This document shows positions 28,955 to 41,914 of a stretch of DNA of 64,000 bases, one piece after another. The translations under genes were made by a program, and so were the position numbers. The stretch comes from Eledone cirrhosa (taxonomy: Eukaryota). Under the pieces are notes generated by a model. The model had not been told where the DNA came from, ran no database searches, and saw only the letters and a program-made list of their open reading frames with translations. Numbering within the stretch: the first letter of the stretch is position 1; the number at the start of each line of letters is the position of its first letter. The stretch lies in assembly GCA_964016885.1 (NCBI GenBank), contig OZ024741.1:118048001-118112000 (forward strand). Reading direction: 5' to 3'.

Positions 28955-29205
28955 ATAATCCTTTATTTACTGCTATATATATTTCGATGATAGCCATTGA
29001 ATGGCTATGACCTCATCAGGCAGTTAGTCAGTTCTTAGATATGCCAGCTCTGTGTTTATGGTGATGACATATGTCCCAAGGCTCTGATACCATCAACACC
29101 ATAAACACAGAGCTGGCATATCTAAGAACTGACTAACTGCCTGATGAGGTCATAGCCATTCAATGGCTATCATCGAAATATATATAGCAGTAAATAAAGG
29201 ATTAT
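28955..29205. repeat. Perfect 109-bp inverted repeat with a 33-nt loop, Penelope pLTR-like
   Basis: 28955-29063 is the reverse complement of 29097-29205; (TA)n lies on both sides. Confidence 0.95.
29136..29191 (+). ncRNA. Type I hammerhead ribozyme (identical mirror copy on - at 28969-29024)
   Basis: ACUGC-CUGAUGA-GGUCAUAGCCAUU C AAUGGCUAUCAUC-GAAA-UAUAU-AUA^GCAGU. Stem I is ACUGC/GCAGU, loop 3 is palindromic, and AATAAA follows. Confidence 0.8.
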
Positions 29206-30410
29206 ATATATATATATACACACACACGGCAAATTGGCAGAGCCGTTAGAACGTCGGATAGAAATGCTTTGCGGTCGTTTCGGCTCTCTGAGTTCAACTT
29301 TGCCTTTCATCCTTTCTAACTCGATAAAAAAAAGTGTCAGTCTAGGACTGTAGTCAATTTTTCCTCTACATCTCTTTTCCACTTTCTATCCTTCTCTAGA
29401 AGAGATCTGCTGTATTCAGACTTAGAGAGGAGATGGGCTCTGGCAGGTTTTTAAAAATGCCCCAGAAACGCCGTGTGTCAATATGGCGCCCCTACGACTC
29501 CCTCGGGAGTTATGGGATCATACACATTTACGGTAATGTAAGATGCGACAAGTAATCACAGGTGTCAATACTTCATTACATAATTTTAAAAAAATTCGTC
29601 CTTCCTACAGTAAGGGCGAATGACAATGACGAAATTAATGACGATGATGAATTTAATATTGGCGTTGATACTGGTGAATTTATCGGGTATGATCGTTATT
29701 TCATTTCTTGTATTTTTCTCCATTATCAATTTTCCTCCAACAGTCACACGAAAAAAGACATATTGAATACTTTGACATCAAATAAATTAGAGATCAGCAT
29801 TGCAGAATAAGGAACTATTTCAGACACAAAAAATATAAAGAAAAAGAAAAGCTTTCTCCTGCTACCACCCCCCACGGTTTGTCAGTATTATTTTCTAAAT
29901 TCATGTTCTCTCTATCTATCTTTATCTTCTACAACAGAACAACAATACACTGGTACCGCGCTTAAATCGAATAACTCCATATAATTAAATTCCTAACTCT
30001 TATTCCACTTCTATTTAATTTTAAATGAATACCGTGTGTATTCGTGTAAAGTCGCGCCTCCGTTTTACATACAACGTACCATATATTTAGAACTAAGGTT
30101 TTGTAGGTCTCGTAGATATATCACACATATACATACACATGTATATGTGTCTACGGTTATATTTGTGTCTGTGTTTATGTCCCATAACTTAACAGTTCGA
30201 CAAAAGAGATCAATAAAATAAGTAGTGGGATCGATAAGATCAGTGCAGTACTCCAGCATGACCACGGTCTAATAAGTGAAACCTGTAAAAAAAATATAAT
30301 TTTCTCGACGTTTTTACCGACGGCATATACATTTAGCTAGTCAAGACAAAAAATTACAGAATTTTCGAATTCTGACAATATTTCCAGCAATGATCTATTA
30401 TACAATAGAG

Positions 30411-33369
30411 CAGGGATCGGCAACCTTTTGGAGAGAGAGGGCCAAACAGTTATGCAGTGTCATGGAGGAGGGCCATGTTATTAAATATGTAAATAAATTT
30501 TCTGGAGGTTTAAAGCAAAACAAGGAATTTAATATAATTTTATTTTAACAAGGAATAATAAAAAAAAAAAACTACAAACACATTCAACAAAAAGAAAAAG
30601 CAAATTCCTTATTTTACTGCAGGAATAACAGAAAAACAACTACTATCACAATCAACAAAAAAAAAAGCAAATTCCTTGCTACAAACAAAATACAGTTAGA
30701 AATGGTAAATGATTTAATGAGACACTTGTTTCTGCTTATTGTGCGATAACTTCTCCACATCAGGTGAAATATTTGTCGATGACAGGAGCAAAACATCATC
30801 CAGGTGGTCGTCACGCAACCTTGTTCTTAAATGACTTTTAGTGTATTTCATTTTGGAAAAAGGTTGTTCACAAGCATATGTACTTCCAAATAATGATATC
30901 ATCAGTTTCGCATTAGTCAAGATGTTTTTATATTTTCCGCTTGGCAATATATATTTCTTGTAGAAGTCAGCAGTGGATTCGAACTGAAATTTCAATTTCA
31001 AAGATTCGTCGCACTGTAAGTCAATTAACTCCAACTGATATTCTTCTGCCACTTGCTCCACATCTGTTTCGTAAGGAGTACCAAATAACTTAAATAGAGT
31101 TCCATATTGCCGGAAGTCAGCAAAATGAGAGGAAAACTCGCTTCTCAAATCCTTAATAGAGCTCACAAAGATGTCTGGTATTATATCTCTCTTATGATTT
31201 TGGAGACTTGGGAAATGAGAGTAGTTTCCTTTTTGAAGTTGTGATTCCCACAGTCGAATTTTTGTCTCAAAAGCAGTAATTTGACCAAACATCTCAAATA
31301 CAACCTTGTTCTTTCCTTGAAGCTCAAGATTCAAAGTGTTCATGTGGGTCGTGATGTCCACTAAAAAAGCTAACTTGACAACCCACTGTGCATCCTGAAA
31401 GTAAGGATTATCTTGGTCTTTGCTCTCTAAAGACATAGAAATCTCTTCTCTCAATGCCTATACTCATTCTATCATTTTTCCGCGGCTAAGCCATCGAACA
31501 TTTGAAAAATATGTAAGGTCGCCATACTCTGCTTCAATTTGTTTTAGAAATTCTTGAAACTGGCGGTGATTTAGTCCTCTTGACAGTATAAAATTCACTG
31601 TTTTCACGACCACTGCCATGATGTCTTAAAATTCAGTGACTTTGCACATTCTTGATGAATAATGCAATGAAGTTTGATTAGTTTTTTATCAATACCGATG
31701 TGGTTTTGGAGCAATGCAACAAACCCTTTTTTTGTCCAACCATTGCTGGTGCTCCATCTGTGATTACTCCAGAAAGCTTTGATAAATCCAGATTCATTTC
31801 GGTAATCCATTTTATTATGCTTTCCAAAATATCTGCTCCAGCGCTAGTGTCCTTCATAGGAATCAATTGTACAAATTCTTCCACAATATCAAATGTTGGT
31901 GTTACACCCCTCACAAACACTGCAGGTTGACAAGTATCCTTCATATCTGTGGTTTCATCGATAGCAATGGAATAATACTCCAGATTATTTAAAATGCCCT
32001 CCAAGCCACTTCTGACATTTGCTGCCAGCTCTTCAATTCGCCTTGTTACTGTTCTTGCCGATAAGCTGATCGCAGAAAATAATTCCCTTTTTTTCTGGAC
32101 AAACAACATCTGCTACCTTCAACAATAATTCTTTGAAGAAATCTCCATCAGTAAAAGGTTTCATCCTTTCTGCAATTAGTTTTGACACCTCGTAGCTAGC
32201 ACGAGTGTTTCGGTCACTTTCTTCAACTTTTCTAGTGAAAAAGGATGATTGCTTTGTTACATTATTTCTCAGCCGTGCAACTTCGTTTACTCGTGCTTTT
32301 CCAGTAAAACTGTTGTAATGATTATGACGAGTTTCATAGTGACATTTAATATTTGAAACTTTCTTCACGGCAATGGTTTCTTGACAAATTAAGCAAACAC
32401 ATTTTCCGAAGTGCTCAATGAAAAAATAGCTAAGTGTGCAACCATCGTTAAAAGTTCGGCACTCCAAATCCACTTTTCTATTCTTAGCTTCCATGGGCTT
32501 GTTTTTGTTCAAACAAAAAATATTTATGGAAAGGAAAAAGAACAAAAAGTATAATAATCAGAATGAAGAAATAAGAAACAACGAAAACAAATGTAAATGC
32601 AAATACAATAATGCGATAAAATATGATAATTGTGAATATATTATATAAAACCAGGTTTCTAACGACGTTGTTAGATCAGGGTTGCCATTTGTTTTTTTAA
32701 ACCACTTTTGGCCTAATTCTAATAATAATAATTCACACAATTTATCACAAATTAAATAAATGTTATTATAGAATAAAGATACCTACTGAATAGTTGTTAT
32801 ACCACCAGACAACAAACTCAAATGAAAATACTCTGGGGAGGAGGGAACGAAGTAATTTTTCCAAAGACAGCTTTACCTTGTGTCGATGGGGGGGGCACAG
32901 GTAAGGTCAAGCAAACGAAGACGACAATAATTCACGAGTGATTTTATTGAATGACAATATGGGTATAAAAGCGAGTCATGCGTACCGTAAGGTAGTATAC
33001 ATTCCAGTCGCTGACGAAAATGCATACTTCCAGCCAACATTTGTGTTTGTTGACTGGAACAAAAACACATACATGAAATTACAGGAAATAATAATACAGG
33101 TGATATAATGCTTGGCGGAAGGCCCAGAAAAAGATGGATAAGAGGAAGTAATAATAAATGGAAAATATAATAAGGTTACAAAGGTATCTGTAAATATATA
33201 CGGTATGAGCAGCGATTTGTGATGGGCATCAGGTCGGCACAACCGTGAAGTGAACTGTATCTGTATTCGATACTAATTAGATAATTAGTGTCCAGTGTAA
33301 AATGGCGGGCCAGACAAAAATCACTCGAGGGCCGGATGTGGCCCGCGGGCCGGGGGTTTCCGACCCTTG
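30411..33369 (-). mobile_element. hAT DNA transposon (Charlie/Buster/SPIN-like), full length
   Basis: TIRs CAGGGATCGGCAACC and (reverse complement) CAAGGGTCGGAAACC, with 8-bp TSD CAATAGAG at 30403-30410 and 33370-33377. Confidence 0.95.
30714..32494 (-). pseudogene. hAT transposase pseudogene (GTF2IRD2/EPM2AIP1-like)
   Basis: BED-type finger (CLICQE...HYETRH), YSIAIDETTD, TDGAPAMVG, HCIIHQ, VRWLS and FGSTYACEQ. Broken by frameshifts at about 32090, 31730 and 31625 and by stops near 31460. Confidence 0.92.
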
Positions 33370-33432
33370 CAATAGAGCATTGTTTCTTTGTTTCTGCTTT
33401 AAAGGCGAGGGCTAGTTAAGGGTCCTTTAAAT

Positions 33433-33584
33433 TTATTTCCGGTTTTTGCGTAGTTTGTTCCTCGTATCCTTTCTTTGTTTAACCCGGAACAATATAAATG
33501 TCGGCAATGTGAAGACTATTGTCATTGTCGCCAGAATGTAAAAGGCTATTGAGTAGTCGTTGTTGTTGTATCGGGTAATGAGGC
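33433..33584 (-). CDS. SLC16/monocarboxylate-transporter-like MFS protein, exon 4 (last; TM12)
   Basis: Acceptor ttttgcag|. Reads (G)LITRYNNNDYSIAFYILATMTIVFTLPTFILFRVKQRK...NRK-stop, and the phase matches exon 3. Confidence 0.85.
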
Positions 33585-33684
33585 CTGCAAAAGATGGAAT
33601 TTAAATGTTTAAGATACTCATTCCAAAAATATCTTGCATCGTAGTAGCAGTTATTATTTATTTGTGTGTGCACATGTACGCAGA

Positions 33685-33718
<34 letters not shown>

Positions 33719-33895
33719 ATTTTGATGGTCCAGTGGACCGATTCGATTCGGGGACAGCCTGCTAATTTGGTGCGTGTGTCAGTGTGTGTAAACATCACGT
33801 GGTTAGAAGCCGGAGGTGGAATTTAAAAATTCAATTGAATTAGTAACTTAACTGTATTTTCTGACTACAGAATGGGCATTAGTGGTCTATTTATA

Positions 33896-35890
<1,995 letters not shown>

Positions 35891-36165
35891 GTATATGAGC
35901 TTCCAACCGACATGGTCGCATTCTTTAAGGGTATGTCAATATTTTTTTATAAAACTGATCTATATTAGATTTTATCTGATGAAAGCGCACCATAATTTGC
36001 TTTGGTGTCCTTAAAATATGTATAATGAAATAAATATGGTTTTATAAATATAGTTTCCATTTGTTAATATATTGTATTTTTACTCCAATAATTTGTTGAG
36101 TGCTTTATATCAGTTATAAAAATATTTGCTTGTTGTATCCCAACAAATTAAATATAACTTCTACA

Positions 36166-36209
<44 letters not shown>

Positions 36210-36218
<9 letters not shown>

Positions 36219-37345
36219 ATGCTTTGGTAGGGTCATGTTGTCAATAAGAAACACACGCACCAGTTGCTTTCACTTCAATTTATTATAAATTAAATTTATA
36301 AATTTAAGAATTTATAAATTTCCGGTTGGTTGGTTGGTTCCATAACCAGACGATTGTTCATATATTGTCAAAGTTCTTTCGCCACACATTCTGTGACCTC
36401 TTCAGTGACTGGGGATTCTTTTCTTTGTTTTTGTGCCTCTCCTTTGTTCTGTCCTACGCCTTCTTGTTTGTGTGTGTGTTGTGTGCTTAGTTTGCGCATG
36501 TGTTACATCCGGGTGTCTGTGTGTGTTTATATTTGTTTATTTATTTGTTTATTTACATGTTACTGGTTGGTTGTTTGTTCTATGTGTGTGCGTGTTTTCA
36601 TTTTGTCCTTAATTGTAAGTTGTGATGTTGCTATTCCATTCATGTTTTCTATTTAATTTTGGTTGGAGTTCATTTATGTTTATTGCCTCTGTGATTTGTC
36701 TAAACATTGCGTCTTTTCTGTGTGAGGATTCTATTTTTATTTCTATGTTCTCTAATTTACCCTTATGTTCTATTTTAGCATGTTGGTGGAGTACAGATGA
36801 TTCTTTACTATCTTGAAGCTCTCGCCAGTGTTCATTTATCCGTTCTCCTATACTACGAGCTGTCTCACCTATGTACACTATATTCTTATCTCTACATTGT
36901 CCTTCAGTACATCTTATGCTATATACTACATTTCTAGTTTTACAGTTAATATGGGGACTTAGTTTACAGATTATACATTTCTTATGTATACAGGGAGGTC
37001 TTTGAAAAGGGTATGTATTGCTAATAAGTGTTTTTATGGAGGTACCTGGTCTTTCTACTATCTTAATATTGAGTTTATGTTTATCTAGGGCCCTTCTAAA
37101 TTTGTAAGCTAATTCACCTCTAGGGGTTGTATTGATGAACATTACACTCTGGTATTTATTGCTATCATACCATGAGTTTATTCTATTAACCTTATTCCTA
37201 GTTCTTTCTATTCTATTCCAAAATTTGCTCCTATACAAGGGGCAGGTCCCATTTGTATCATTATTTACCATTTTTTCCCATTTGGTTCTGGCTCCTCTAT
37301 ATATTCTGATTTTATCTCTCTGATTGTAACCAGAGAACTGCATAC
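36210..37345 (-). mobile_element. 5'-truncated Penelope-like element (GIY-YIG endonuclease ORF 36609-37343 plus 3' pLTR)
   Basis: CIHKKCIIC...CKTRNVVYSIRC...YIGETARSIGERINEH...RQITEAINI...LNRKHEW. A hammerhead-like motif lies downstream and (TA)n lies at both ends. Confidence 0.9.
36367..36409 (-). ncRNA. Minimal type I hammerhead ribozyme in a PLE pLTR
   Basis: GUCA-CUGAAGA-G-GUCAC AGAAUGU GUGGC-GAAA-GAA-CUU^UGAC. Degenerate relatives occur at 40694-40737 and about 50565-50603. Confidence 0.65.
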
Positions 37346-37374
37346 GGTGGATGAAGTATTGTATCTGTCTCTCT

Positions 37375-37411
<37 letters not shown>

Positions 37412-37422
37412 GTATACGTACA

Positions 37423-38040
37423 TACATATATGTATACAGACGTACAGTAGTATGTATATATATACATACATGCACACATATATATATGCACGTATCGGTT
37501 TACCGAACATTTATTATAATTACGCCGTAATTAGGCAACCACGTCACCTTTTTGTTCAACACTGACACAGGAACGATGTGCTAGTTTAAAGCTTATTAGC
37601 TATTGTCAGCATCGTATACCTTCCTGCCAGATGGTTGAACGTCTGAAAGTATATACTTTCCTTATGCATATTAACGGTTGAGCAGCCTAATTTGTATATC
37701 GAGTGAGTTCAGTCGGCCGGGCAAATTAGGCTGCTCAACCGTTAATATGCATAAGGAAAGAATATACTTTCAGACGTTCAACCATCTGGCAGTAAGGTAT
37801 ACGATGCTGACGATAGCTAATAAGCTTGAAACTAGTACATCGTTCCTGTGTCAGTGTTGAACAAAAAGGTGACGTGGTTGCCTAAACACTGTACGGCGTA
37901 ATTCGGGCTGTTTGTTTGTTTACAAACAAACAAACCGAACATTATAATAAATGTTCGGTAAACCGATACGTGCATATATATATATATGTGTGTATGTATG
38001 TATATACATACTACTGTACGTCTGTATACATATATGTATA
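37423..38040. repeat. Long inverted repeat (arms about 270 and 320 bp, 27-nt loop)
   Basis: 37423-37694 is approximately the reverse complement of 37722-38040; the right arm has a small hairpin insert. Confidence 0.93.
37801..37843 (+). ncRNA. Minimal type I hammerhead ribozyme
   Basis: ACGAUG-CUGACGA-U AGCU AAUA AGCU U-GAAA-CUA-GUA^CAUCGU, with a 6-bp stem I and a palindromic ACUAGU stem/loop III. Confidence 0.8.
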
Positions 38041-38238
38041 CATACATACATACTTACATTTAAGTAACTGCCGTACTAAGAGTGAGAAATGAAATTTCGT
38101 TTCATTCTATTCCATTTATATATATATATATAAATGGAATAGAATGAAACGAAATTTCATTTCTCACTCTTAGTACGGCAGTTACTTAAATGTAAGTATG
38201 TATGTATACATATATGTATACAGACGTACAGTAGTATG

Positions 38239-38319
<81 letters not shown>

Positions 38320-38330
38320 ATATATTTATA

Positions 38331-38938
38331 TGGTGGCTGCCAACTCGTTTTCGAGTACGGCCACTACTTTATATCCATGTAGGAGAACCCCTACCGATGC
38401 GCTGAACGAGTGACTTTTTAGTCCAGCCAGCGACTTGAAAACTCTGGTACAAACACTACACTTGTGACAATTACTGACACATAGTGCTGGGCCCATGGTA
38501 CCATGTGACGACAAGTGCAGAGAGATCTCCAGATATAAAGCAATGCCTGTGCCGTGAAGCTTTTATAGTGAGCAAAGGCACTGCACAAAGCCAGTCCCAC
38601 TCTCTTAACCAAGATGATATTTACCAAAAAGAAGAACAAGTCAACATCATTGGATACCATCAGGGTTGCAGGTGTTATATCAGAGTTTTCCTTCTCCTAG
38701 AATTCTGCCTTGACAAAGGCTAAGGGGTCATCTCTCCCGGTGATTTTGGATGGTCATTGACTCTTAAGAGCTCCTTTGCCCTTTGACAGGTTTTGTTTTT
38801 AGTCCTGCAGGATGTCCAAAGTCACCCTCCTCACCAAGAAACCTTGGTGGGGTTGCCAGTTTAGTCGCCAACGACCCGACCATGGGACAGGTTGTACTGG
38901 GATACATGTTACCAGTAGCACCAACTGGTGACCTGACA
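38331..38938 (-). mobile_element. ~610-bp non-autonomous two-part RTE derivative, copy 1
   Basis: The 5' part has the RTE-5'UTR-like CTAGGAGAAGGAAAACTCTGA. The 3' part encodes a Zn-finger remnant [17 protein letters not shown]. Near-identical copies lie elsewhere in the window. Confidence 0.75.
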
Positions 38939-38966
38939 TAATATATATTTATATATATATATATAT

Positions 38967-39086
<120 letters not shown>

Positions 39087-39479
39087 GAGAGAGTGGGTGA
39101 AAATTTTCAAGGTAGTACAAGACTGCTTTTACCCTTTCCCGGACGAGTGGGGATCGCTCTCGATATTGAAGTTATTTTAAATTCCCAATTGTCTTTCCGA
39201 TAAAGATGAGATTTTCAAGTTGTAGTTTTTTTCCCTTCTTTTCCGAAACTTATGCTAAGCTTATGATAAATTACTAAACTAGACATATTATGAAAGCTTA
39301 ATTGAACATAATGGCTAATCTCAAGCTATCTAAACATGATCACTGGTAAACGCCTGTAAATGTTTTATTTCCTGTGTGCTAAAAGGACCAAGATATGTGA
39401 TACAACGATAAAATTAATCATATAATAAAAAGCGTTTTGGTTATTTCTATCTGCAAAATCCAGGGCTTTCTCACTCCTG

Positions 39480-40190
39480 TTGGAGGGGACACCTCCATGG
39501 TTGACCTCCACAGCTTCCTATCTCTGGCCATATTGGACCATATGGGGCCGATGTAGCGGGTCAGATCAGCGCCATCTGGCCTTTGGTAATCTTCTGGTTC
39601 TTCTCCACTGCCTTGGTGCCTACTCTGTCACTCTAATAGTCCACTTGTTGTCTCTGAAACAAGAGACATAGCCAGCCCATTTATGTTTGCCATTCTCGAT
39701 GGTCTTGATTATGTCCTTCACTCCAGTCTGCTGTCGAATCCAGATGTTGCTCTTCTTGCTACGTAAGGTGATGCTGAGCATGACTCGCTCCATTTTACGT
39801 TGAGCCACTACAAGAGTCTCTGCAGTGTTGGTGTCGAGTGTCTATGTCTCACTTCTATATGTCATCACCTGCGGAACATATTCATTAAACAGCTTTCTTT
39901 TGGATTCGATTGTTGGTTTGGGACGTCTAATGATGTTATAAACTTTTCCAAAAGCTGCCCAACCAAGCACAATCCTTCTTTTGACCTCTGGAAGTAGGGC
40001 ACCATCTCTTGCAACCTTCTTTCCGAGGTACACATAACTGTCTACTTCCTCGATGGTCTTTTCATTTACAATAACCTGTGATGGTTTATCGTGGCTGTTA
40101 AATTTGACCTTGGTTTTTCCCAAGATGGGTGTTAAAGCCTACTGGCTGGTTCACAATGCATTGAGGATATCTCCAATTTCTAATAGCACT
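39480..40190 (-). mobile_element. Degraded RTE LINE 3' fragment
   Basis: KTKVKFN, IEEVDSYVYLG, EVKRRIVLGWAAFGK, AQRKMERVML and KWAGYV. Confidence 0.88.
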
Positions 40191-40556
40191 ATCAAAATCA
40201 ATTTGTCTGGCAATGCTTGATTCAATATCAAGTCATTGTTTGTGATACGTCTGAGTTTGCTATTGTATTGATAGGGCTGGTGATGCTATTGTAGCTGGAA
40301 GTGTCAACAATAATATCAAACTTAGAAATATTTCATAAAGTTTGTACATGCACGGCTGAAGAGTTAGCGGTTGGTTCTAGGTTCAGTCATGCTGCGCTGC
40401 TCCTTGGGAAAGTGTCTTCTACTTTAACCTCGAGTTGACCGGAGCCGTATGAGTGGAACTTATAAGATGAAAACTGCAAAAACACATCGTATATATATAC
40501 TTCGTTTTTTAATTTGTTTTGCAAGATTTCTTATCTGAAAACGTGTGTTGAAACAG

Positions 40557-40834
40557 ATATTGTTATACTTTGGGAGGGTCATTCTGCCAATTAAAATAAA
40601 TGCACCTGTTGGTTTTCACTTCAATTTATTATAAATTTTCGGCTGGTTGGTTGGTTGGGGTTGGTCCGATAACCGGATGGGTGTTTATATATTGTCAAAG
40701 CTCTATCGTCATACATTCTGTGACCTCTTCAGTGGACCAACCAATCAACAGAAAATTTATAATAAATTGAAGTAAAAGCCAACAGGTGTATGTGTTTTTA
40801 TTGGCAGCATGACCCTCCCAAAGTATAACAATAT
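40557..40834. repeat. Inverted repeat of a PLE pLTR (related to 36210-36410) with a degenerate hammerhead in the loop
   Basis: 40557-40665 is approximately the reverse complement of 40735-40834. The loop on - reads CUGAAGAGGUCAC...UGAC-GAUA-GAGCUU. Confidence 0.85.
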
Positions 40835-41130
40835 ATATATATATATAGTTAAAAGAATAGAGGTGTAGCACACAAGTTATTATATATTGGTAAACGGAAT
40901 AGAAAATGCTGACAAATTGTCCGTGCTGTTTGCTCTGATCAGAGCAAACAGCACGGACACTCTATCTCAAAATTATTTTTGAAAAGCATTTAGAAATGCG
41001 CAACCGGTAAAAACTTAAAAACTTAAAACCACAACTGAATACTAACCCATACAATTACTAATACTCTTTTATTCCTAATTAAACCATTTTTCAACTATGA
41101 ACAATTTGTCAGCATTTTCTATTCCGTTTA

Positions 41131-41181
<51 letters not shown>

Positions 41182-41219
41182 AAAATGGAGAGCTGCGTGG
41201 TTGCACATGGGCTACATAC

Positions 41220-41735
41220 GAATAAAATTAGTCCTTCATCAGTGATCTTCCAACTTTCATTGGTATTTCATCGCTTTAAAAATCATATACCTCTAGTCGG
41301 TGCGAGCAATAACACAATAAAGTTATTTGGACAAGTAAAATAGGGTGACACTCTCTGCCAGTCACACTCTCTCTCGGCTGGTCTCTTCCTCACACTTCCC
41401 ATCACTCACTCTCTTCTTCTCTCCTCTCTCACTTCTTCCCGTTTGACCTGTGTGAAATCCTTTTCTCGCTCACATCTCACCCATGTCGGATGGTCTGTAT
41501 CTCTCGTCCATGAATTCATCAAGCTTAAGCTTACAGATATCATGTACTTGTTTCTTCCTATCTTTCCGTTGCAATACCATCATTGTTTGTTTACATGTCT
41601 CGCTCATTTCATCCTATTTTACTTGTCCCAATAACTTTATTGTGTTATTGCTCGCACCAACCAGAGGTATGATTTTTAAAGCGATGAAATACCAATGAAA
41701 GTTGGAAGATCACTGATGAAGGACTAATTTTATTC
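41220..41735. repeat. Inverted repeat, ~125-bp arms with a ~270-nt spacer
   Basis: 41220-41345 is approximately the reverse complement of 41613-41735. The right arm ends CACTGATGAAGGAC... followed by (TA)n. Confidence 0.9.
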
Positions 41736-41844
41736 ATATATATATATATAACAAAAAGTGTAAGTCAACAGGCTAAAATTAACTTCGTTTATTCATATTC
41801 GCTGCAAATTACTCAGGAGGAAACAGACTCACCTGCGCACTTCG

Positions 41845-41914
<70 letters not shown>

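Noticed and set aside
38418-38723. Recurring ~80-aa ORFs (MVSNDVDL..., MLGPWYHV...) as a small multigene family
   Set aside because: They are incidental frames of the repeated RTE derivative and have indels between copies.
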